Shown here: one piece after another, positions 20,453 to 31,373 of the stretch
Position numbering within the stretch: position 1 is the first letter of the stretch
Layout: each line of letters opens with the position of its first letter
NCBI GenBank assembly: GCA_963783445.1
Contig: CAWANP010000018.1
Location: 17,431 to 81,430, forward strand
Source: an uncultured Chloroflexia bacterium
GTDB taxonomy: Bacteria; Chloroflexota; Anaerolineae; JAAYZQ01
DNA: 64,000 bases
Reading direction: 5' to 3'
Notes under the pieces: generated by a model
The model's input: only the letters and a program-made list of their open reading frames with translations
The model's database searches: none
Told to the model about the DNA's origin: nothing
Translations under genes and position numbers: made by a program

Positions 20453-22181
20453 TCACGGGCTCTGCCGAAGCTCCTCAAGCTGCTTCTCCACACTCGTCTG
20501 GAAATCAGGATCGTCGCTCAGTTCCACGGCCCGCTCAAGGTCGGCAATGGCTTCTTCGATATACCCGTTCATCTTATACCTGCTTCCTCGGACGTAGTAG
20601 TTTGTGGGCTCGCTGGGAGCCAGCTCGACTGCCTTGTCATAGTCAGCAAAAGCGGCCTCCAAATTGCCTTGATAGTCATAGGCCAGACCCCGATAGATGT
20701 AAAATCGGCCAAAGCCGGGAGCCAATTCAATCGCCTGTGCATAATCGGCAATTGCCTTCTCCAGGTCGCCCAGACCTTCACGCGAGTGGCCCCGCTCGTA
20801 GTAGACCCAAGCCTTTTCTAAGCCATCATGGTAGAGACGGATAGCCTGGTCATAGTCATCGATAGCCCCGTCGAGGTCATCCAAATCCTGACGAGCGTTG
20901 CCTCTCCAGTGGTAGGGGTTCGCGTTATTGGAGTTCAGTTCGATAGCCTTGCCAAAGTCGACAATAGCTGCCTCCAGGTCACCCCGATCATACCAAACCA
21001 GCCCCCGATTGTTGTAGGCTATCCAGTTACTGGGATCGAGTTCAAGGGCCTGGTCAAGGGCATCCATGGCCGAGTCCAGGTCTCCCAGGTCGCGATGAGC
21101 CAAACCCAAATCACTCCACACCTGTGCTACCTGCGGACCATCCGGCGTAAGTTCGAGTGCCTTGTGATAGTCGCTCATGGCCGCCTCAGCGTTGCCGAGG
21201 CTGCGGTACAAAAGTCCTCGATTGTAGTAGGGCATCCACCAGCTGGCATCAAGCTCGATGGCCTGGGTGTAATCGGCAGCGGCTCCCTCCAAGTCACCTT
21301 GGTCCCGGCGAGCCAAGCCCCTGTGGTTGTAGGCGCAGACATTCTGAGGATCGAGAGCGAGGGCCTCGTTGTAGTCGGCGATGGCAGCTGCCAGGTCGCC
21401 CTGGCTGTAGCGAGCAAGCCCCCGGTTATTGTAGGCGGCGATATTCTGAGGTTCGAGCTCGATCGTCCTGTCATAGTCGGCAATGGCTCCCTCCAGGTCC
21501 CCCTGGTCTTGGCGAACCTTGCCTCGGTTGTTGTAGGCGGCGGCCAGCCGCGGGTCAAGCTCAATCGCCCTGTCATAGTTGGCAATGGCATCCTCCAGGT
21601 CACCCCGATCATACCAAACCAGCCCCCGATTGTTGTAGGCGGCGACATTCTGAGGATCGAGAGCGAGGGCCTCGTTGTAGTCGGCGACAGCAGCTGCCAG
21701 GTCGCCCTGGCTGTAGCGAGCAAACCCCCGGTTGTTGTAGGGTTCGGACAACCGCGGTTCGAGCTCGAATCGTCCTGTCATAGTCGGCAATGGCTCCCTC
21801 CAGGTCCCCCTGGTCTTGGCGAACCTTGCCTCGGTTGTTGTAGGCGGCGGCCAGCCGCGGGTCAAGCTCGATGGCCTGGTCGTATTCGGCGATGGCCGAC
21901 TCCAGGTCGCCTTCTCTTTCAAGCGCAAGACCTTTTTCCATGTGCGCCACTGCTTCCGCTTCAGGGTCAACCGTGGGATGTTGTGTTTTAGTCGGTACTG
22001 ATGTACTGGTAGGCCGTGGCGTGCGGGTAGGCTGTACTGTGCTAGTGGGTTGGGGCGTTTCGCTTGGGATCGCTTGTGCGACTTGCTCCGTGGGCGTAGC
22101 AACTGGGACGCCGCATCCGCCCAGGACTAGTGGCATCAGCATCATGCCTAGTATGTACTGGGAAACCTTCCAGGTTCTCAT
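20453..22181 (-). CDS. TPR-repeat lipoprotein, frameshift at ~21768
   Basis: AGGAGGAG RBS, signal with LVLGGC lipobox, Pro/Thr linker, more than 12 TPRs (AYNNRG...GDLEGAIADY..AIELDP). Confidence 0.85.
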
Positions 22182-22345
22182 CTTACTCCTCCTTCTGTTC
22201 CTCGCGCGAATCCGCGCATGGGAATGGCACAATTGGCCGAGACCCAAAAACAGCAAGATCTTCCCTGCCAGTGAAGATACCGCTCGTAGGGACCATCTAT
22301 CCCCACAGATCAGAATGCCAACCCACTGGTTCGGCTGAGCTCACA

Positions 22346-22738
22346 CGTGATCGTTCGAAGTTTGGTGAAAGGTGTGAAAAGGCCGAGACCTTGACGGTAG
22401 ATGGCCTTTGGGCTTTGATGACTGCTACCGAAGTAGACCTGCCACTTCGGTCAGCGATTCAACTGTCGACGGGGCTGCAGCGAATTGCACACGAGGTTCA
22501 AGGTAGACACCACTATAGCAGAATTACGTGCAAGGGTCAATACGCCGACCCTCACCATAGCAAAGCCGTGAAGAGGATTCACAACACCCAACCCCGGCTG
22601 TTCGCGTTATCCCATAGCCGACTAGGCCGGTGGCTCCTTCTATCATCGGCCTCGCCTGTGGAACGGCCTTCTCCGACAGACTGGCAGGACATGGACCAGG
22701 GCCATCGTGATCGTTCGAAGTTTGGCCAGAGGTGTGAA
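22346..22738. repeat. 33-bp direct repeat pair, 360 nt apart, in non-coding DNA
   Basis: CGTGATCGTTCGAAGTTTGGTGAAAGGTGTGAA (22346-22378) vs CGTGATCGTTCGAAGTTTGGCCAGAGGTGTGAA (22706-22738); 30/33 identical. Confidence 0.8.
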
Positions 22739-22976
22739 TCGGCGTCTTGGGCCGTGAGCTTCTGACTTTCTCCGATTTGCTGAGCGATGAGGAGCGCCAG
22801 ATCGACGCCACCACGTTCCAGATGGTTACCACAAAAAGCCAAGAGCCGGCTGACGTTCAGCGCCGTCTGGGAGCGTTCTTGGGTCTTCCATCAATGCGGA
22901 GTCTGTGGTATAATCTGATTGCATCCTGGTTGGTGATTTCAAGGATGTCAGGGCTCTCGGACTAGCGAGGAGGTAG

Positions 22977-23578
<602 letters not shown>

Positions 23579-23982
23579 CGTCTGCTTGGTTTGGTATTCC
23601 CACGGCTCGCATTTTGTACCTCCAGACAGTCGACAATGAGTGGGCAGTCTGCTTCTTCACCCTATGGGACAGCGGCTATCCGGTTGTATTCCGTGCAACT
23701 ACTCTTGGGTATGTTCATTATCTCCGAAACTCCAGCCAGCAACGCCTCTGGCAAGTCGGGGGCTCCAGCCATTGTTTCCGGGTATTCTTTTATCGTATCG
23801 CGCCTGCAGCAAAGGGGCAGCAAGATGGATGAGGTGGTAGAGCAGTCGGCCACAACAGAGGCGCGACTGCTCATCCTTGGCATGCTGTACCAGTCATAAG
23901 ACTAGGTCATAGGCTGGTTTGGGCAAAAACCTCCAAGATGGTATAATGCCACCCAACCTGACCCAAGGAGCCAACCAACCGG

Positions 23983-24813
23983 ATGGATGTGGAGCAGATT
24001 CTAAACACAATCCAGCCATTTCTCGTCATGTTTGTGGCATTGACCGCCGCTTTCCTGACGGCGATATGGATCAGTGCCATCATTTGGACCTTCCGCGACA
24101 TCCGTTCCCGCACGCGCGACGTCTTTGCCCAAGTTCTGGCCACTTTGATGGTTCTGATCTTTTTCCCCCTCTTCCCTCTGCCCGGCATGATCCTGTACCT
24201 CATCCTCCGTCCCCGCGAGACGCTGGCCGAGATCTATGAGCGTACGCTGGAGGAGGAAGCCCTTCTGCAGGGCATCGAGGAACGACTGGCTTGCCCGAGC
24301 TGCAACCGGCGCATCGAAGAGGCCTATGTCGTCTGTCCCGCCTGCCATACCCGGTTGAAGAAGGGCTGTACCTCCTGCGGGCGACTGCTTCACCTGAGCT
24401 GGACCGTCTGTGCCTACTGTGGCGCAGCGCAGACCACGACCCAAACGGTGATCCCTCCCCAGCCGGTGTCCATGACCATCGAGTCCCCGGCTGAAGCGGC
24501 GGCGCTGCCCGAGCCTGAGGTTGAGGGTGAGCCGATGTCTGGCGCAGACGTTGCCGCGTCTGAATCAGGGGATGAGCTTGAGACTGAGCCGGTGGCTGAA
24601 GCAGGCAGCGCGACTCTTGAAGAAGAGGTCGAGACAGCACCGGAGATTGGGCCCGAGCCAGTGCCTGAGGCGGAGGCTGCGACCCCCCAACCAGAAGTTA
24701 CGACTGCTGAAGCAGGCGTCGAGCCCGAGCCAGGGGCTGAGCGCGATCAGGAGCCAGGTTCAGACGCGGGGCCGGCGTCGGAGACAGAGGAATTCACTCC
24801 CGAATCTGCCTAG
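23983..24813 (+). CDS. Membrane-anchored double-zinc-ribbon protein with acidic Pro/Glu/Ala-rich tail
   Basis: Two TM helices, LILRP.ETL, CPSC..CPAC..CTSC..CAYC, low-complexity C-terminus. Confidence 0.8.
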   Translation: MDVEQILNTIQPFLVMFVALTAAFLTAIWISAIIWTFRDIRSRTRDVFAQVLATLMVLIFFPLFPLPGMILYLILRPRETLAEIYERTLEEEALLQGIEERLACPSCNRRIEEAYVVCPACHTRLKKGCTSCGRLLHLSWTVCAYCGAAQTTTQTVIPPQPVSMTIESPAEAAALPEPEVEGEPMSGADVAASESGDELETEPVAEAGSATLEEEVETAPEIGPEPVPEAEAATPQPEVTTAEAGVEPEPGAERDQEPGSDAGPASETEEFTPESA

Positions 24814-24910
24814 CACCTGCCCCAAGGAGTTCTAGCACCCGTTTCCGTAGGGGCATCGTCCCCCAGGACGGATTGTGCCCCTGAAGCGGGAACCTTGAGC
24901 CAGCCTTCGT

Positions 24911-26422
24911 TCAGACTCCCTGCGCCAGGCGGTGGTGGAGGGCGGCCCGCACTACCTCGTGCTCGCTCCAGGGTGTCTCAACGGTGCCATAGCACATCGA
25001 TCGTTCGTGCCCTTTGCCGCAAGCGATGACCAGGTCGCCGGGCTGGGCCAGGTCCACGGCAAACTGGATCGCCTCAGCCCGATCATCCATGTAAAAGTAG
25101 CCCTGCCCCTTTACGGCGCCCACCTTTTCCGCTCCACGGGCCATCTCGGCCAAGATCGACTCCAGTGACTCTGTGCGGGGATCCTCGGCGGTGAGCACGG
25201 TCACATCGGCCAGCCGGCCACTGATCTCGCCCATCCACGCCCGCTTGGCCACGTCACGTTCCCCGGCGCAACCAAAGACCGCGATGACCCGCCCGCTGGT
25301 CAGGGTCCGGGCCGTCTCCAGCGCCCTCTGCAGCGCGTTGGGCGTGTGGGCAAAGTCGATGATGGCCAGGAAATCCTGGCCTTCGTCCACGCGCTCCATA
25401 CGGCCGACGATGCCCTTGACGGCCCATACCCCTCGTTGGATGGCGTCTACCGGTACGCCCAGGGCCAGCGCCGCGCTGGTGGCGGCCAGGATGTTCGAGA
25501 TGTTAAAGCCGCCCAGCAACGCCGTCCGCAGTTCAAAATCCTGCTCCGGGGATTGAACCGCGAACCGGGTATCGGCGGCCGAAGGCCGGATGTCTGTGGC
25601 CACGACTGTAACGTCTCCTTCGATGCTGTAGGCCCATTGCCGTTCAGCCGGGATGGTTCGCAGGTAGCGGTAGGAATCATCGTCGGCGTTCAGCACCGCG
25701 ACCTTGGGTATGCCTGGTTTGCGATAGCCTGCCATCAGGTGCCGGAAGAGCATTGCTTTGGCTTCGCGGTATGCCTTTTGCGTACCGTGAAAGTACAGAT
25801 GGTCGTGCGCGACGTTGGTGATTGCAGCCAGGTCGAAATCACAGGCGGTCATGCGATGCTGGGCCAGACCTTCCGATGTCGCCTCCAGCACGGCGATCTC
25901 CATCCCGGCGCCGGCCATCTCGGCCAGATAGCGCTGTACGTCGGGGGCATCAGGGGTCGTCGTGTGCAACCCGGTGTCCATCACTCGCTCGCCGATGGCG
26001 GCGTTCACAGTGGTAACCAACCCTGCCCGCAGGCCAGCGGCGGTGAGAATACTGTGAAGCAGGTTGCAGGTGGTGGTCTTGCCGTCGGTACCGGTCACAC
26101 CCACCACCGTGAGTCTGCGGGCGGGAAAGCCGTACCAGGCTGCTGAGAGATGGGCCAGGGCCTCCCGGCCGTCGGGCACAAGGACGAGGGGGATGCCCAG
26201 TCCCCTGATCTTTCTTTCGGCGACCACTGCGACGGCGCCGTTTTCCAGAGCCTGGGGGACAAAGTCATGGCCATCGACCGCCACGCCGCGATAGGCGACG
26301 AACAGGCTGCCGTCCATCACCCGCCGCGAATCACAGGTGATGGACGTGATGGAGACAGCCGTATCTCCCCAGGCCTTGGCCCGGGGAAGATCAGCAATCA
26401 GATCTGCCAGGGGAATTGTCAC
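24911..26422 (-). CDS. murE: UDP-MurNAc-tripeptide synthetase MurE
   Basis: DSRRV, GVTGTDGKTT, HTTTPDA, EATSEG, GRME, DFAHTPNAL, VFGCAGERD, AEDPR, GKGHE. Confidence 0.95.
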   Translation of the reverse strand: MTIPLADLIADLPRAKAWGDTAVSITSITCDSRRVMDGSLFVAYRGVAVDGHDFVPQALENGAVAVVAERKIRGLGIPLVLVPDGREALAHLSAAWYGFPARRLTVVGVTGTDGKTTTCNLLHSILTAAGLRAGLVTTVNAAIGERVMDTGLHTTTPDAPDVQRYLAEMAGAGMEIAVLEATSEGLAQHRMTACDFDLAAITNVAHDHLYFHGTQKAYREAKAMLFRHLMAGYRKPGIPKVAVLNADDDSYRYLRTIPAERQWAYSIEGDVTVVATDIRPSAADTRFAVQSPEQDFELRTALLGGFNISNILAATSAALALGVPVDAIQRGVWAVKGIVGRMERVDEGQDFLAIIDFAHTPNALQRALETARTLTSGRVIAVFGCAGERDVAKRAWMGEISGRLADVTVLTAEDPRTESLESILAEMARGAEKVGAVKGQGYFYMDDRAEAIQFAVDLAQPGDLVIACGKGHERSMCYGTVETPWSEHEVVRAALHHRLAQGV

Positions 26423-26615
26423 GTTCGCTCCGACGCCTCACAGGATGAAAGAGAACCATCACTCGGCCGGCAACAGCAGTAGTCAATAGGCTCAACAGTA
26501 TAATCCAAAGGGATGCATCCGTCAAAAGCCCGGTCAATACTTGAAATGGCCTTGTTTGCATGGCGGGGCTGTTCGTGTTAGAATGAGATATGTCGATTCC
26601 CTGTGAGGTACTGTT

Positions 26616-27148
26616 ATGAACACGGTCTTTTTTGATCTCGAAACCCAGCGCAGTTTCGACGAGGTAGGCGGGCGGCGCAACATCCGCAAGCTGGGATTCT
26701 CTGTGGCGGTGACCTATTCCACGGCCGATGGCCATTTTCGCCACTACACCGAGGAAAACGTTGATGATCTGATCGCCGAGCTGCAGGCCGCTGACCTGGT
26801 GGTGGGCTTTAACGTGCTGAGCTTTGACTATGAGGTGCTGCGGGCCTACACCGACGAGCCCTTGGATGACATCGCCTACGGTGGACATGCTGGACCACAT
26901 CTACAAGCGGCTGGGGTTCCGCGTCAGCCTGGACAATCTGGCCGGGGCCACGCTGGGCACGGCCAAGTCGGCCGATGGCCTGCAGGCGGTGCGCTGGTAC
27001 AAGGAGGGGCGCATCCAGGAGATCCTGGACTACTGCCAGCAGGACGTGGAGGTCACCCGCCAGTTGTACGAGTACGGCAAGCAGCACAAGCACCTCAAGT
27101 ACCGGGATCGCGAACTACCGGACCAAGATGGTACCGGTGAACTGGTAG
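26616..27148 (+). CDS. RNase H-like / DEDD 3'-5' exonuclease-domain protein, frameshifts ~26870 and ~27110
   Basis: VFFDLETQ, VVGFN...FDY, DMLDHI...LDNLA..TLG..KSADG, YCQQDV; ends ...KMVPVNW TAG 27146-27148. Confidence 0.8.
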
Positions 27149-27154
27149 GAGGCC

Positions 27155-28103
27155 ATGGCTGAGCAGTTTGAAGCGGCCTATCTCCGAGCTGCTGCGCTCC
27201 GGCGAGCTTGAGCGCCGGGTGGCCAGGGCCTACAGCCGCCTGGAAGCCTGTGACATCTGCGCCCGGGAGTGCGGCGTCAACCGCCGGGAGAGCGCCGAGG
27301 GCGCGGGCTGCCACACCGGTGAGCGGGCCGTCGTCTCCAGCGCTGGCCCGCACTTTGGCGAAGAGGACCCCCTGGTCGGCAGCGGCGGCTCGGGCACCAT
27401 CTTTTTTTCCTGGTGCAACCTGCAGTGCCAGTTCTGCCAGAACGCCGAGATCAGCCAGATGGGCCACGGCCAGGAGGTGGAGCCAGAGGACCTGGCCCGC
27501 ATGATGCTGGACCTGCAGGACCAGGGCTGCCACAACATCAACTTTGTCTCGCCCAGCCACGTGGTGCCCCAGATCCTGGCCGGGCTGCTCATCGCCGCCC
27601 AGGCGGGCCTGCGCTTGCCCCTGGTCTACAATACCGGCGGCTATGACTCGCTGAAGACGCTGGCCCTGCTGGACGGCGTGGTGGACATCTATATGCCCGA
27701 CATGAAATACGCCGATGCCGAGCGTGGCGCGGCGCTTTTCCAAGGTCAGCAACTATCCGGCGGTCAACCAGGCTGCTGTCAAAGAGATGCACCGCCAGGT
27801 GGGCGACCTGACAGCGGATGAGCCGGGGCGTGGCCCAGCGAGGGCTGCTGGTCCGCCACCTGGTCCTGCCCGAAGGGCTGGCCGGCACGGCCGAGATCGT
27901 GCGTTTTCTGCGCGACGAAGTCTCGCCCAACACGTATATCAACGTGATGGCCCAGTACCGGCCCTGCTACCGTGCTCACGAACTGCCGCCGCTGGACCGG
28001 CGCCTCACCGGCAAGGAGTATGCTGAGGCCGTGCGCCTGGCCCAGGAGGCCGGCCTGCGCCTGGATGAGCGCCGGCCGCGGCTGATGCTGGGCCTGGCGC
28101 TAG
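27155..28103 (+). CDS. PflX-like radical SAM protein, several frameshifts
   Basis: CDICARECGVNR, HFGEEDPL.G..GSGTIFF, CNLQCQFCQN, YNTGGYD, DIYMPDMKY, GLLVRHLVLP, NVMAQYRP; AGGAGG RBS before ATG 27155; end approximate. Confidence 0.85.
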
Positions 28104-28124
28104 TGCCCAGAAGGAGAGAGATCT

Positions 28125-29878
28125 GTGCTTCGAACCATCCTGAATCGCAAACAATCACAGATCCTGAAGGATGAAAAGGCAGCGCTGGAGCGCCTGCAAC
28201 TGGCCCTGGCCGGTTTTGACGTCACGCCCGAGGACCAGAAAACCCTCCAGAAGTCGCTCCAGCAACTCGACGAGCTCTTCCTGCTGGTCATCGTCGGCGA
28301 GTTCAACAGCGGCAAGTCGGCCTTTATCAACGCCCTGCTGGGCGAGCGCTTTCTGCCCGAGGGCGTGACCCCCACCACGGCCCAGATCCACATCCTGCAT
28401 CACGGCGAGGCTCGGACCGGGAGGTAGAGGAGGATGGCATTGCTGCCGTCACCTATCCCGCCGACTTTTTGCGAGAGATCAACATCGTGGACACGCCGGG
28501 CACCAACGCCATCATCCGCCGCCACGAGCAATTGACCCAGGAGTTTGTGCCCCGCAGCGACCTGGTGATCTTTGTCACCTCGGCCGACCGGCCCTTCACC
28601 GAGAGCGAGCGGGCCTTTCATGGAGCGGATCCGCGAGTGGGGCAAGAAGGTGGTCATTCTCCTCAACAAGATCGACCTGCTCGAAGAGGACGAGGTGGCC
28701 CAGGTGGTGGAGTTCATCCGGCAGAATGCCCTGGCCCTCCTGGGCTTCACGCCCGAGATCTTTCCCGTCTCGGCCCGGCTGGCGCTCAAGGCCAAGCAGG
28801 CCGACAGCCGGCGGGAGCGCGATGCGCTGTGGGCGGCCAGCCGATTTCGAGGCGGTGGAGACCTATATCCACAAGACCCTGGACCAAAAAAGCCGGATCA
28901 GGCTCAAGCTGCGCAATCCGCTGGGTGTGGGCGAGCGGCTGGCGGCCAGCTACCTGGAGTTGGCCCGCAACCGGCTGGCGCTGCTGGCCGAGGATCTGAA
29001 GGCCATCGAGAATATCGAGGGCCAGCTCGAGATCTACCGCAGCGACATGCAGAACGACTTTCGCTACCGCATGGCCGACATCGAAAAGGTGCTGCTGGCC
29101 ATGAACAACCGGGGCATGGTCTACTTTGACGAGACGCTGCGCCTGGCCCGCGTCCTGGATCTGGTCAATACCCAGCGCATCCAGAGCGAGTTTGAGCGCA
29201 AGGTGGTGGCCGATACCCCCTACCAGATCGAGACAGGAGGTCAACGGCCTGATCGACTGGCTGGTGGACAAGGACCTGCGCCAGTGGCAGGCGACCCTGG
29301 AGTACCTGGAGCGCCACCGGGCCAAGGTCCATGAGCAGGAGGAGCAGATCATCGGCCAGGTGGGCGGCCCCTTTGAGTACAACCGCCGCGAACTCCTCGA
29401 TTCGGTGGGCCGGGCGGCCAAGAAGGTGGTCATGACCTACGACCGCGAGGCCGAGGCCCGCCAACTGGCCCAGGGCGTGCGCGACGCTGTGGCCGGTGTG
29501 GCCATCATGGAGGTGGGCGCCGTGGGTCTGGGCGCCATCTTGGTGGCTGTCCTGCACGCCGCCCTGCTCGATTTCACGGGCATCCTGGCGGCCGGTGCCC
29601 TGGCCGTCGTCGGCCTGCTCGTCATCCCCGCCAAGCGGCGGCGGGCCAAGAAGGACCTGCACGAGAAGCTGGAGGATCTGCGCCAGCGGCTGATGGCGGC
29701 CATGAGCGAGGAGTTTGACCGGGAGCTGGCCCACAGCCTGCAGCGGCTGCGGGAAGCCATTGCCCCCTACACCCGCTTTGTCCGCGCCGAGCAGCAAAAG
29801 CTCACCCGTATCGAGGCCGAACTGGTGGAGATCAGTGCGACGCTGGGTCAGATCCGGACGCGGATCGAGAACCCGTAG
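28125..29878 (+). CDS. Bacterial dynamin-like GTPase, at least 4 frameshifts
   Basis: GEFNSGKS (G1), PTT (G2), DTPG (G3), NKID (G4), helical stalk, paired hydrophobic helices near the C-terminus; AAGGAG RBS. Confidence 0.85.
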
Positions 29879-30326
29879 CCGTGAGCCATTCGCCGTCATA
29901 GAGCGCGCCATCGAGATCTAGCGCGTTGCCGTCGCCATCTTGCAGCACGGCCTACCCCCGCGCCAACTGCCTGACCCAACCCATCCACAGAGCTCAAGTA
30001 CACCCCAAGTTGTGAGAACAGGCGCGAATCCACACCCCTGGCTAGCCGGCATTCCCGCGCAGCCTGGGACCTGCTCTCCAGACGCAACGCCTCCGCGAGC
30101 CGTGGATGCTCAGCAAAGTACGAGCAGTCGTTGCAACCCCCCCCGCGGTCGTGCGAGTAGACCATGGCGGGAATACAGGAACGTACTGTTTGACCAAAGG
30201 AAACACGAGGGCTTGAAATTCCGCCCAGAACATGATACAATAGATCTGAAGGCTTGCAGCCCGCGCACAATGGCTGCAGTTGTTCCAAGTGAGGGATTTG
30301 GACGAATAGAGGTAGAGGGTGTTAGC

Positions 30327-31167
30327 ATGTTCGGAAGGCGGCGCCCACACAGAATACCATCCTCAGGGACCGGGCTGTTCCTGTCTGTGGTGGCGGCCCT
30401 GATCTTTTCAGGGGGCTGTGGCCCGCTTGTGGAGCCCACGGCCCAGCCTGCACAGCCAACGGAGCCGCTGGCCGAGCCCTCGGACACACCCGCAACCCCC
30501 ACGCAGTCGCCCCCCACGGCGGCCCAAGAAGAGAGCGATGACCGGCTGGAGGAAAGAATGAAGATGGTGGAAACCCAGATCCGTCGCCGGGGTGTGACGG
30601 ACCAGGATGTACTGGCTGCCCTGGAGCGGGTGCCCCGGCACGAGTTCGTACCTGACCAATACCAGTCCCAGGCCTACGCCGACCATCCCCTGCCCATCGG
30701 CCACGGGCAGACCATCTCCCAGCCCTACATCGTGGCCCTGATGACCGAGCTCCTGGACTGAAAACCACCGACCGGGTGCTGGAGATCGGCACCGGCTCGG
30801 GCTACCAGGCCGCCATCCTGGCCGAGATCGTCGGCGAGGTCTATACCGTCGAGATCATCGAAGCCCTGGCCGTCGAGGCCCGTGAGCGGCTGGCGCGCCT
30901 CGGCTATGACAACATCCACCCCCTCCACGCCGACGGGTACTATGGCTGGGAAGAGCAGCCCCCTACGATGCCATCATCGTCACCGCCGCCCCCGACCATA
31001 TCCCCCAGCCCCTGGTGCAGCAGCTCAAGGATGGCGCTCAACTGGTGATCCCCGTTGGCCCGCCGGGTGGCTATCAGTCCCTGTGGCAGATTACCAAAGA
31101 GGGGGACCAGGTCAAAAAGCGCAACGTCAGCGGCGTTCTGTTCGTGCCGCTCACAGGTGAGCACTAG
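30327..31167 (+). CDS. pcm: Protein-L-isoaspartate O-methyltransferase with N-terminal lipoprotein-like extension, frameshifts ~30760 and ~30960
   Basis: [67 protein letters not shown]; FSGGC followed by a Pro/Thr/Gln linker. Confidence 0.9.
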
Positions 31168-31373
31168 GAGAGTGATAATCCTGGGAGGTGTTGTGATTCC
31201 TCCAAGGTCCAGCTACTTGCTGTTCAGGCCAATCCATCCGGAATTTGTCGCCATCCTATCAGCCGGCCTGCGAGGGAGTACCCCCACCCCGCTGCCTCCC
31301 TGCTCGAATTTTCGGTACCGCCCTTGCTTCTTACAGCCATCAGCCACAATAGCGAAGGACAAAGGAGGCGACG

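Noticed and set aside
29940-30326. Long N-terminal extension of pcm in the ORF track
   Set aside because: Pro/Ser-rich non-coding-like translation from a TTG; the signal-like sequence begins at ATG 30327
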